This document shows, one piece after another, positions 49,456 through 61,150 of a stretch of 64,000 nt of DNA (within the stretch, counting starts at the first letter, position 1; every line of letters starts with the position of its first letter). The notes below the pieces were generated by a model. The model saw only the letters and a list, made by a program, of their open reading frames with translations. It did no database searches and was not told the DNA's origin. Source of the DNA: Eledone cirrhosa (Eukaryota); assembly GCA_964016885.1 (NCBI GenBank), contig OZ024744.1, positions 78,182,001-78,246,000 of the forward strand, in the 5' to 3' direction. The translations under genes and the position numbers were made by a program.

Positions 49456-51499
49456 ATTTACATATAGAGGGACCAGCAGTGTTAGTCAAAGGTAGTATAA
49501 TAAGTAAGGCAATCAAAGATATGAAGACGGGTAAGGCGGCTGGGCCTTCGGAAATAGTTGCTGAGATGCTGAAAGCCTCTGGAACGGTGGGACACACCAT
49601 GGTCACCCGGATAGTAAACCAAGTCATACAGAATGGGGTTGTTCCGAAGGACTGGCGTAGCAGCATCATCATTAACTGCTACAAGGGTAAAGGAGATGCC
49701 CTAGATAGGGGTAACTATAGAGGCATTAAATGAATCGACTAGGTCATGAAGGTCACAGAAAAAGTAATAGCGCAACTAATCAGAGAGAGAATTGATCTAG
49801 ATGAAATGCAGTTCGGGTTTGTGTCAGGCAAAAGTACCACAGACGCTCTTTTCATTGTACGACAACTACAGGAGAAGTACCTAGCTAAAAGTAAAGCCCT
49901 ATACTTAGCTTTTGTCGACTTGGAGAAAGCCTTCGACAGAGTCCCCCGTTCCATTATCTGGTGGGCTCTTAGAAAACTAGGTATTGATGAATGGCTTGTG
50001 AGAACTATACAAGCCATGTATAAAGAAACAGTCAGCAAGGTTAGAATTAACAACAAATATAGTGAAGAGTTTAGCGTAAAAGTTGGTGTTCATCAGGGCT
50101 CCGTTCTTAGCCCCCTATTATTTATTATTGCCCTTCAGGCTATAACAGTGGAGTTCAAGACCGGCTGCCCATGGGAACTCCTATACGCAGATGATCTAAC
50201 GCTCATAGCTGAATCAATGGCCGAACTAGAGAAGAAATTCCAAACATGGAAGCACGGCCTAGAATCAAAAGGCCTTAAAATTAACCTGTCTAAGACTAAA
50301 GTTGTAGTTTGTAGGAAGGAAAATAGGGCGCCGGTCCCATCCGGGAAATGGCCATGCTCAGTGTGTAGGAAAGGAGTAGGTAGAAACTCCATTTTATGTC
50401 CCAAATGCAAAGTATGGGTGCATAAAAGATGTAGTGGGATGACAGGTAAGCTAACTAAGAACATAGATTTTACATGTGGCCGGTGCTCTGGTGCAATAAG
50501 TAGCAGCAAGTGCCCACAGAATACTAGCTCTTTCAATTGCACAGAGGGTTCTATAGAAATAGTGGACAGCTTCCGTTACCTGGGTGACAAAATCAGCAGT
50601 GGGGGAGGGTGCTCTGAAAGTACAGTAGCTAGAGTCAGAACGGGATGGAAAAGGTTCAGAGAGCTTATACCACTATTAGCTGCTAAAGGGTTCTCCCTAA
50701 AAATGAAAGGCAGGTTGTATGATGCCTGGCAGTGAGACCTGGGCATTGTGTGCAGAGGATATACGCAGACTAGAGAGGAACGAAGCTTGCATGCTCCGCT
50801 GGATGTGTAATAGTAATATACGTGAACGGCAAAGCATTAACGAACTAAGGGAAAAATTAGAAATAAGAGGGATCAGATGCTGTTTACTCGAGAGAAGACT
50901 ACGTTGGTACGGTCACGTGATGTGCATGAAAGACGACAGCTGTATAAAAAAATGCAGGGCAATAAAAATAGACGGTAGCCACGGAGTAGGCAGACCCAGA
51001 AAAACCTGGGACGAGCTGATAAATTCCAACCTCACACACTTACACCTCTCCAAGACAATGTCACTGGACCAAGATCTTTGGCGCTACACAGTAATACAGA
51101 AGACTCGCCTTGCCTCAGTACAAAGCGAAACCTACAGTCAGTAGGCACCTCTAACAAAAATACACCCCCCGTCCAACCACTCCCACCCCATCCATACCAC
51201 CCCTTTCAATGTAAAGTTATGTTGGTGCCGCGCCATCCAGGCCGAAACAAATGAGGTCGTGTAGGTGTCACAACAAAAAACACACAGTCCACGCTGTAAT
51301 GTGGCCGTGTAGGCAACACGGTAAAAACCTCCCAGTCCACACTGTAAATGTTGTTGGTGTTAGGAAGGGCATCCAGCTGTAGAAAATCCGCCAGACAGTC
51401 CTATGCGAGCAAGACAACCACTCTTGCCTCGAGTGGGAAAACTCCTGTCCAAACCCATGCAAGCCTGGAACATGGCCGTTAAACGATGATGATGATGAT
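49456..51499 (+). mobile_element. RTE LINE, 5'-truncated, with RT, PHD insert, 3' UTR and (GAT)n tail
   Basis: GKAAGPSEIVAEML, NYRGIK, QFGF, FVDLEKAFD, GVHQGSVLSP, YADD, FRYLG, RLRWYGHV; stops near 49731 and frameshift near 50728. Confidence 0.95.
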
Positions 51500-52805
51500 A
51501 TATGGTGATGGTTATCATCATCATTTTTACATCTGTTTTTCCACACTTCTATGAGTTAGATAGGTCCTTTTCAGCATTGATATCTCTTTCTGTGAGTCTC
51601 AGCAATTTGAGATCAGCTCTTACCACCTCTCCCCAAGCCTACCTTGGTCTACCTCTGCAGCAGCTTACTACCACTGTGATCTCCTGCTACTTCTTCACCC
51701 AATCATCATCAATGTATCAATGCAGTCTTCTTTCTTTGCTACCACTTTGGATTCCTCTTAAACCCAGTTTCTCCCTCAGTTCATCGTCCAAGTTCTGCTT
51801 TTCTCACACATTTACATTGCACATCCAACAAAACATTTCTTTCCAGCCTACATATTTCCTTTGAAGTCACTGCCCATGTTTCAAATTGAAATAAGGTTTT
51901 TGGTAAGCCCAAGTATACAATGTTGATTCCAGTTTTGGTTTAGGCTTCTTTATACCAGGGGTCGCAAACAAGTGGTCCGTGAACTACTTTTCTATGTCTC
52001 TCAACAGAACATTTGAAACTTCTGACCCTTTTAAAAAAAAATTTATTGTTTCCTTTTACAAATATATCATAAACAGTAATGTACTTGGGAGTAGCTTCAT
52101 CAGCACAGGATACTATCCCCCCCCCCTCCAAAACAAAAAAAATAGTATACTTTGTACCCACTAAACAAGAAAATAACAAATAATATAAGAGCTAGTTCAC
52201 TAATGGGAAAGGCATGAATACTCAACATTCCATTTCCCTCTCCCCAGAAATTCTGAAATATTAGAGATTTCCTGTTAACAACAATGGGAAAGCATTACAT
52301 TTTACAATTGCAATTATATTCAACCTATATCTGAATTGATAAATATAAATAAATAACTAAAGAAATAAATAAAACTTTCTTGTCAATCAGATTAGAAAAG
52401 AATTAACTTCCTTAACAATAGTAAAATTTAAACTTTAGTTTAAGAATGTCCGGGTTAAAAATCACTAATGATAAACATGTATAGGTTTTATTGATAACAT
52501 TAGTGGTAGTGGTAGACCTTCCCAAAGAGTAAATCCTTAAAATGCAGTGAATCATTAGACCGTGAATTTATTATATGATAATTAATCTTGCAGAATTTCA
52601 GTGAAAGTATTTAACAATAACTAAGCATAACTCTGTCTCTCTCTCTTCCACACACACACTTTCTCCCCGCCCCCTCTCTCTCTCTCTTCCATTCACTCTG
52701 TCATCTATTAAACATAAGATAGATAGAAAGTTATCATTTCTGATTTTTGCGTTTCGCTTCGCTTTTCCTGCCCGCCGAAAATGCGATTCTTGCTGAATCG
52801 TTATT

Positions 52806-52844
<39 letters not shown>

Positions 52845-52907
52845 TGAATTTCCAACCGATTAAGTATGATTTTCATGGGTATGTCTCTATTTATAAAACA
52901 AACTTTG

Positions 52908-52972
52908 TATTTTATCTGATGAAAGCGTACCAGTGTGGTCTTGGTTGCCCTTGAAATATATATAATAAAATA
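52908..52972 (+). ncRNA. Minimal type I hammerhead motif, copy 1
   Basis: TATTTTAT-CTGATGA-stem II-GAAA-TATATA-TA-ATAAAATA; perfect 8-bp stem I, palindromic minimal stem III. Confidence 0.65.
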
Positions 52973-53360
52973 AATATGGTTTTATAAATATAGTTTCCAT
53001 TTATTTAATATCATTGTATATATATATATATATATGTTTTTCCCAGATTCAATCGGCAGTAACCACAGTAAGTAAAGTACTCAATACATAGCAAAGTATA
53101 AATATTTATAGAAATGGTTTCTACAGGACTAGAACTGTTTCTGGAAGCCTGATGATTTCTCCCGAATGAAACAGTCCTAGTCTTGTAGAAGCCATTTCCA
53201 TATTATATATATATACGTCTGGATCGGTCGTCAGACAGAGATGTTATATATATATATAAAAGCAAAAGGGATATTCAATTTGTTGTTAATTCAACAAATA
53301 TATATGTTTATAACTGATTCAAAGCACGCAACAAGTTTTCTGGAGTATAATATTCAATGA

Positions 53361-53421
53361 TATTTTATCTGATGAGAGCGTACCAAAGTTTCGGTACCCT
53401 TGAAATATATATAACAGAATA
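53361..53421 (+). ncRNA. Minimal type I hammerhead motif, copy 2
   Basis: TATTTTAT-CTGATGA-GAGCGTACC/GGTACCCTT-GAAA-TATATA-TA-ACAGAATA. Confidence 0.62.
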
Positions 53422-54164
53422 AATATGGTTTTATAAATATAGTTTCCAATTATTTAATATCATTGAATATATATATATATAACCTTATATATATAACCTT
53501 AAACTTTTTTCAATTTTTTAATTTTTATAATTTCATCCTATAAGTCTAAACATAAGTTTAACGTTCCAATTTTCTGTTCACACATTATACCATACAGATG
53601 CCCACTATATATGCCTCTGTTAAGATATAGGTTCTTTGGAAAAACTTTTTTCTCTGCAATTTCTAGTCTGATTGTAGCATGACCTTAACACTGACTTTTC
53701 TTCTTTATTTCTTTCTTCTTTTTTCTCTTTGACGGGGAGGTAGTAGTACATTATAAGCTTTCACCCCCTCACCAGATGGTCATAAGTAGACCGAATAGCC
53801 AACACTTGAGGGCGACCAACTAAGGTAGAAGATGGTAGATGGTCAGTCGTCCTCTTGTCTATGATTTTCAACCCCATAGATTTTATCTGTTATACTCCTT
53901 TGTTATATTTCGAATACATGATGATATCACCGGATTCATAAGGAACCCAATCATTGAAATGATCATAGTATAATAAACCTTTCAAGGATTTACACAAGTC
54001 CAGCCTCCTGTTATTTTATTATAATAATTAACTCCGTACACGCACCACCAACTACACAAACGAAGATGGGTGAGCTGCATTACGTTGAGTACTCTCCATA
54101 ATATTACATCGAGATTGACCATACGGAATGATCAATTTTATCCAGTGGTGAACCAACAAACCTA

Positions 54165-54208
<44 letters not shown>

Positions 54209-54235
54209 GTCTGAATCGGTCGTCAGACAGAGATG

Positions 54236-54291
<56 letters not shown>

Positions 54292-54636
54292 CTATATATA
54301 TATATACTATATATATACACACACACAGAAACAAGATGGCATAGGACAGAACAAAGGAGAGGCACAAAAACAAAGAAAAGAATCCCCAGTCACTGAAGAG
54401 GTCACAGAATGTGTGACGAAAGAACTTTGACAATATATAAACAACCATCTGGTTGTGGAACCAACCAACCAACCGGAAATTTATAAATTCCTAAATTTAT
54501 AAATTTATTATAATAAATTGAAGTGAAATAACTGGTGCGTGTGTTTCTTATTGGCAACATGACCCTCCCAAAGTATAACAATATCGGTTTCAACACACGT
54601 TTTCAGATAAAGAATCTTGCTAAACAAATTCAGAAA

Positions 54637-54682
<46 letters not shown>

Positions 54683-54738
54683 GTAATAAAATGAAAACGA
54701 AATTTCATTTCTCACTCTTATATATATACATACATACT

Positions 54739-54792
<54 letters not shown>

Positions 54793-55127
54793 AGCAATTA
54801 TAATCAAGTTCTATGTAAACTTCAAACGAGCTGCCATATATATTCGTGTATAAGTCACACCTGTTTTATTTTACATATGGCATTTACAATAAACCTACCA
54901 TATATTTTGAAATGACGTTTTGTAAGTCCAGCGGATAAGTTGCATGGTGATTTTTCATTCCATCTTATACAAGGACATATATAGTGTATGAATAGCCGGT
55001 AAACCCTAAAGGGTCGCAACATACATATCGCTATAGTAATTCACCAGCCCCTTACTTCCCCAATCATTCATAGATGTGTATGTAATAATTATTTTGGATA
55101 ATGTGTCTATTTATGAATATGTATGAG

Positions 55128-55525
55128 TAGATGTGTGAGTGTGTATGTGTGGGTTTGACTTCTGATGTCTGTATCTGTTTATGTATTTACGTGTAGATGT
55201 GTGTGTGTGTATGTGTGGGTTTGACTTCTGTTGTCTGTATCTGTTTATGTATTTACGTGTAGATGTGTGTGTGTGTATGTGTGGGTTTGACTTCTGATGT
55301 CTGTATCTGTTTATGTATTTACGTGTAGATGTGTGTGTGTGTATGTGTGGGTTTGACTTCTGTTGTCTAAATCTGTTTATGTATTTACGTGTAGATGTGT
55401 GGATTTGACTTCTGTTGTCTATATCTGTTTATGTATTTACGTGTAGATGTGTGTGTGTGTGTGTGTGGGCTAGCACTTCTGTTGTCTGTATCTGTTTATG
55501 TATTTACGTGTAGATGTGTGTGTAT
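55128..55525. repeat. Minisatellite of about 66 bp, about 6 copies
   Basis: GGGTTTGACTTCTGWTGTCTGTATCTGTTTATGTATTTACGTGTAGATGT(GT)n recurring. Confidence 0.92.
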
Positions 55526-56063
55526 ATAACTAAAGCGTAACGTACGTTAAACAATTGATGGTGGAAGAAAAGATTTCAAATTGTCTTAACTCAGACCGTA
55601 AAAGGCGGCAACTCGTGGTGTCTGACACTCTTACCGGCTACATAGCCTGGGAGTCTATTTTACCGAGACCGGCTGTATAGCCTCTTCCTATAGTATACAC
55701 ACACACACGCACGCACACTCATACAAACACATGTGCCGCCATATGTGCGTGTGTGAATGCCATACATATTCCTGTATAAGTCGTGTTTTGTCACTCACGA
55801 ATTGGCAGCGTCGCTAAGAACGTCGAATAGAATGCTTGGCAATGCGATATTCGTTCTAACTCACTACATTCTGAGTTCAAATCTCGCCGAGGTCAACTTT
55901 GCCATTTACCCTTTCGAGATCGATAAAAAAAAAAAGTACCAGTCTACTACTGGTCGATTCTTCTTCCCCTTGCTCTCTCTCTTCTCTGGAAGAAATCGGC
56001 TCGTGTGAAGACAGTCCGGCGCCCCTAGGATTCAACCAGGAGTTCTGGACAAACATGCAAACA

Positions 56064-56225
56064 CAGGGGACGTCTTAACAGCATTATAGGCCCCCGGGCA
56101 AAGCAGAGCACTGGGGCCCCTACCTACACAGCCACTCACAGGAATAAAAAAACAAATGGGCCCCCCCTATCCTCGTGGGGCCCCCGGGCAACTGCCCAAC
56201 GTGCTCATGCGTTAAGACGGCCCTG
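56064..56225. mobile_element. GC-rich hAT MITE with 8-bp TSD
   Basis: TIR CAGGGGACGTCTTAAC / GTTAAGACGGCCCTG; TSD TGCAAACA / TGCATACA. Confidence 0.85.
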
Positions 56226-57134
56226 TGCATACATACGTTTACAACGAACCATATATTTTGAAATGAGGATTTATAGGTTCAAAAGATCGGTCATATGCTT
56301 GTTATTCATATATTTAGATAGTTGGCTTTTTAACAAATAGGCGCAGTGAATTAGCTGAGCAGTAGACAAAATAATGTAAATACACATATAAAGTCGCACT
56401 TTTTTGTTTTGTTTATTTTGTTTTTGTTATTTATTTTTTTAACGAAAAACAAAATAAAATGTCATTAAAACCGACGTGCGTTTGTCTACTGGACCTAGAA
56501 AATCTTTTATGTGAGTCATGTAAAATGATGTGACTACCTGGCGCTACCATTAACTCGTAACGTCCTGTACCGCACGAAACCTCATTAACAAGAGATTCTT
56601 GAAAAAATAAAGGTACAAAATAACACTAGGCTTGCATAACATTAAAAATCAAAGTCTTTACTTTAATAATGTAAATTTTCGTAACGATCTTTCTTCTGAC
56701 TGCTATATTTTAAGAGTTAAAAGCAATTTGGCAGCTGCCTAAAGCACAAACCTCAGAAAGCCATATTACTAAACCTTAAAGGATCGCAGTTTTATACAAA
56801 TCTGTATGATTAAACTAAATATATAATTTCCTGCGGTCAATAAATCAGTAAACGTCTTTGATGTGTAGCAATTACATAAATTGTCAAGTCAAGAGTTCCC
56901 AAACTATATGGTCATATAAAAAGATCAACTCGTTGTATGAGTAAGTTATGCCTGGAAGGTTGGCTGGTAACAGAAGCAGAAGCCGGCAGCCAAAACGATG
57001 GCTTGACAATGTCAACTTATGGACTAGACTTGATCTTTGCTCTTTAAACTCTGCTGTTGGTGATCTAACTTTGTGGAGAGAGATATCTCATGTTGATGTG
57101 AAGTTTAGGGCCTCATTTGTCCTAAATCCTGCAC

Positions 57135-57680
57135 TTATAATAATAATAATGAAAATATTGTGTACAGTGCTCAGGTGCACTACAACTCATCAAAAGTGTA
57201 TGTATAGTACAGGAAAATGAACAGAGCATGAGTCATGATATACACATGTGTGCATGCGTATGGAAGGTGGACATCAGGTGAAGTTTTGGATAATTTCGGG
57301 AAGCATGAGGGTTTTAAAGGATGCAGTGTCTCGGTAGCTAACAACTATAGCAGGCAGTTTGTTCCATGCTTCAGCAACTCTAAGAGTTTCCGAAAGTCAT
57401 GGGAGCTGTGCTGTTTTCTGACTTTGTAGGCATGTCCATGTGTGTTAGACACAGGGAGATCAAAAAGGTGCTCAGGGTTGTTGTTGGCGAGATGGTTAAT
57501 AACTTTGTGGGTGTTTACCAAGTCCATTGCCAGACATCGGAGCTTCAATGAATCCATGCCCAGGGAAGCAAGGCTTTCAGAGTATGGTAGGTGTCTGATG
57601 GAGGGTATGCGCTTGGTTGCTCGTTTCTGAACAGTTTCCAGGTGGTCAATGTTCTGAGCAAGATAGGGGTTCCAGACTTC
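57135..57680 (-). mobile_element. CR1/L2-type LINE 3' end
   Basis: WNPYLAQNIDHLETVQKRATKRIP..LPYSE.L..LGMDSLKLR..DL..HK..THGHAYK; (ATT)n tail. Confidence 0.8.
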
Positions 57681-58734
57681 TCATCAGCTTACCTAATTGT
57701 AAGTTGAAATTATTTTATTTGAAAGAATGGAGTGCAAAGCTAGAAGGGGGCATACATTGTAGCATTAGCTACGGACATTATTTACCCAGATGCTAGTTCT
57801 GGGTGTGACTTGAGCCTTTAGCATTTAAACCGGCCGTATCTATCCAGAATCCTCTCACCTCTTTCTGTTCAAACTGGCTGTAACTTATCCCAATGTTAAG
57901 GTATTGTTCTCAAAATAAATGATATCAAGATTTCATAGATTCAATATTATGTGAGATAATTATATGAGGTAAAGCTTTTACCATGAAAATATAATAGTAT
58001 ATATAAAGTAATGTATTTACATTACTTTATATATACTATTATATTTTTATTAAAGGGTTAAACTACTAGTGTTACTTACACTCTTCTAATATATATGGTA
58101 TACATTTTAATAATTAGCAATAACACTAACATAGCATGGTTCATAATAAAGATGTATATGAAGGCATGCCTATAGTGTGTATCTGGAGATCAGAGAGTCA
58201 CTACTTCTCCAAATTGAGAGATCACAGCTCTGATACTATGGGCATGTGGTTAGAATGTCTCAGGAAAGAATCACTGGATAGATTCTGTGGGCAAAACCAA
58301 CAGGAAAGAGACCCAGAGGTAGACTCTGAGCAAGATGGTTGGAGGTTGGATAACATCCCTGAGCTTGGCTGGTCCCGCTTGGGGATCCAGCCGGATCAGT
58401 TGGAGACTGTTGCTTCTGACAGGAACCTTTGGAGGGAGTGTTTGAGGACTCTGCCCCCACGACCCTTTCAGGAATAAGTGAGTGAAGAAGAAGATGAAAG
58501 CATATACAATATATTTATGTACAATAAACATACAAGAGTCTCACTGTGAATGTTTTAAGCTGTGATGTTTTATTTTCCACTATATGAAAATGAGCATCAC
58601 CAGTCGATATTTCATATGCAAAAAAAGCATATAAGTTTATTCATAAACCAGAGGTCTCCAATCTTTTTTATACCACGGACTGGCTTCACATCAGACAATC
58701 TTTCTGCAAACTGGTTGTTGCACATATGTGATGA

Positions 58735-58910
58735 TTTGGCAGTAGAGGGTCGGACGCCATGCTTTCCAGCATAGTTACGTCCCTTTACGATCTGAGTTCA
58801 AATCCCGCCGAGGTTGACTTTGCCTTTCATCCTTACGGGGTCGATAAAATAAAGTACCAGTAATGCACTGGGTAATTGCTGGCCTTGTGCCTAAAATAGA
58901 AACAATTATT
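58735..58910 (+). mobile_element. tRNA-derived SINE family A
   Basis: near-identical to 7665-7855. Confidence 0.8.
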
Positions 58911-59151
58911 GTTTAACGTCCACTTTCCCTGCTAGCAAAGGCTGGACAGGTCTACATAGATCAAGTCAGTACTGCAATGAGGCTACTCACCTTTCTATCA
59001 GACAGATCGGGGGTCTGCATCTCACTTACCTATGGCCTCACTCACATTCTATTAAGAGCATTTTATTGTGGTGCCAACCTAAGAGAGGTTGTCATGTCTT
59101 TGACACAACTGATGGTTCTCCAAACCCTTTGGCAAGCTTTTTATAGTTGGA

Positions 59152-59265
<114 letters not shown>

Positions 59266-59413
59266 CTTTTACTTGAATCATCGCTTTGATTTAATTGATC
59301 ATATCGATGCCAGTATTTATTTTTTTCAAGTCTAGTACTTATTTTACTGATCTTTATGTTGTCAAACTGTTAAGTTATAGGACAATGTAAATATAAACAT
59401 GGACAGATACATG

Positions 59414-59444
<31 letters not shown>

Positions 59445-59939
59445 GTTACATATGTGCATATACATATATATATACCGTATTTCCCGGCGCCGAAGACGGT
59501 TCATCCTTGAGGACGCACCCTAATTTTGACAACCCAAAATTTGAAAAAAATAATAAACAACCTTCAGCTTCCAGAACGCATGGTAGATTTTTGAGACTTA
59601 TTTTAGGAAAAAAGTAGCGTCTTTGACACCGGGAAATACATTATATATATATGGTTATACTTTGGGAGGGTTATGCTGCCAATAAAAACACATTCACCTG
59701 TTGTTTTTCACTTCAATTTATTATAAACTTCCAGTTGGTTAGTTTAATAATTGGATGGTTTTTTATTTGTTTATTGTCAAAGCTCTTTCGTCCCACATTG
59801 TGTGACCTCCTCAATGGCTAATTTGTTATTCTGTGTCTCTCCTTTGTTCTGTCCTACACCATCTTGTTTTTGTGAGCTGTTCATTTATATATATATACTC
59901 ACATATATAATACATGCTATATATGTGTGTATATATATA

Positions 59940-60196
59940 TATCATCATCATCATCATCGTTTAACGTCCATGTTCCAGGCTTGCATGGGTTTGGACGGGC
60001 GTTTTCCCACTTGAGGCAAGAGTGGTTGTCTTGCTCACATAGGACTGTCTGGCGGGTTTTCTACAGCTGGATGCCCTTCCTAACATTTACAGTGTGGGAC
60101 TGGGAGGTTTTTACTGTGTTGCCTACACGGCCACATAACAGCGTGGACTGTGTGTTTTTTTGTCGTGACATCTACACGATCTCATTTGTTTCGGCC
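59940..60196 (-). mobile_element. RTE 3' UTR fragment
   Basis: near-identical reverse complement of 51240-51499. Confidence 0.85.
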
Positions 60197-60461
60197 TATA
60201 TATATATATATATTGTTATACTTTGGGTTGGTTAGTTTAATATACACTCACATATATAATACATACACATCTTACATCAGTTTTGATGATGAGTTCCATC
60301 AACTGAACTACATATTCAATGAATTATAGTGAAAGTAGCTGAGTAGGTACTTGTAACTTTAATGTATAATATCTGCAGGCAGATTCTGTGTGATGGTTCA
60401 CTAATTTTTTGTCTGTTGAGTAAACACAACATTCCAGTTCAGAAAGAGACATTGTTGAAAT

Positions 60462-60860
60462 TTAACCTTTTAGCATTTACATTACTCTATATATACTATT
60501 GTATTTTCACATAATATCGAATCTATGAGATTTTGATATTATTTATTTTGAGAACAATACCTTAACATCAGTATGAGTAGCCGGTTACAGCCAGTTTGAA
60601 CAGAAAGAGGTGAGAGAAATCTGGCTGAATATGCCTGGTTCAACCCTTTAACATTTACATTACTCTACATTTACTATTATATTTTCTCGGTAAACACTTT
60701 ACCTCACATAATTATCTCACATAATATCGAATCTATAAGATTTTGATATTATCTATTTTGAGAACAATACTTTAACATCAGTATGAGTGGCTGGTTACAG
60801 CTGGTGTGAACAGAAAGAGATGAGAGAATTCTGGCAGGACACAGTCGGTTTAAATGCTTT
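60462..60860 (-). mobile_element. Two tandem piggyBac-type MITE copies
   Basis: two consecutive reverse-orientation copies of the roughly 200-bp family. Confidence 0.75.
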
Positions 60861-61150
60861 TTATTGAACTGATCAATAGTTTCTAACAACTTTACTCTGT
60901 CTCTTACTTGAAATACTAATTAACAGAAACTGAAATTAATTGGTAACATGTTTTGCAATTTAAGGGCAGCTGGTGGAACTGAATATAATTAAATCCCTTA
61001 TATGCTGTCATTACATTTCTCAATGTCATTATAAACATTACATTTCATCTCTGATGAATTGTCCGTGTTGCTCAACCCCCTCCAACCCTATATATATATA
61101 AAACTGAAATTTTCTGTGTGTGTGTGTCCTAATTTTTGCAAAGTCTATAC

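Noticed and set aside
49746-50735. Intact active reverse transcriptase gene
   Set aside because: 5'-truncated with no endonuclease, upstream in-frame stops and a frameshifting deletion near 50728
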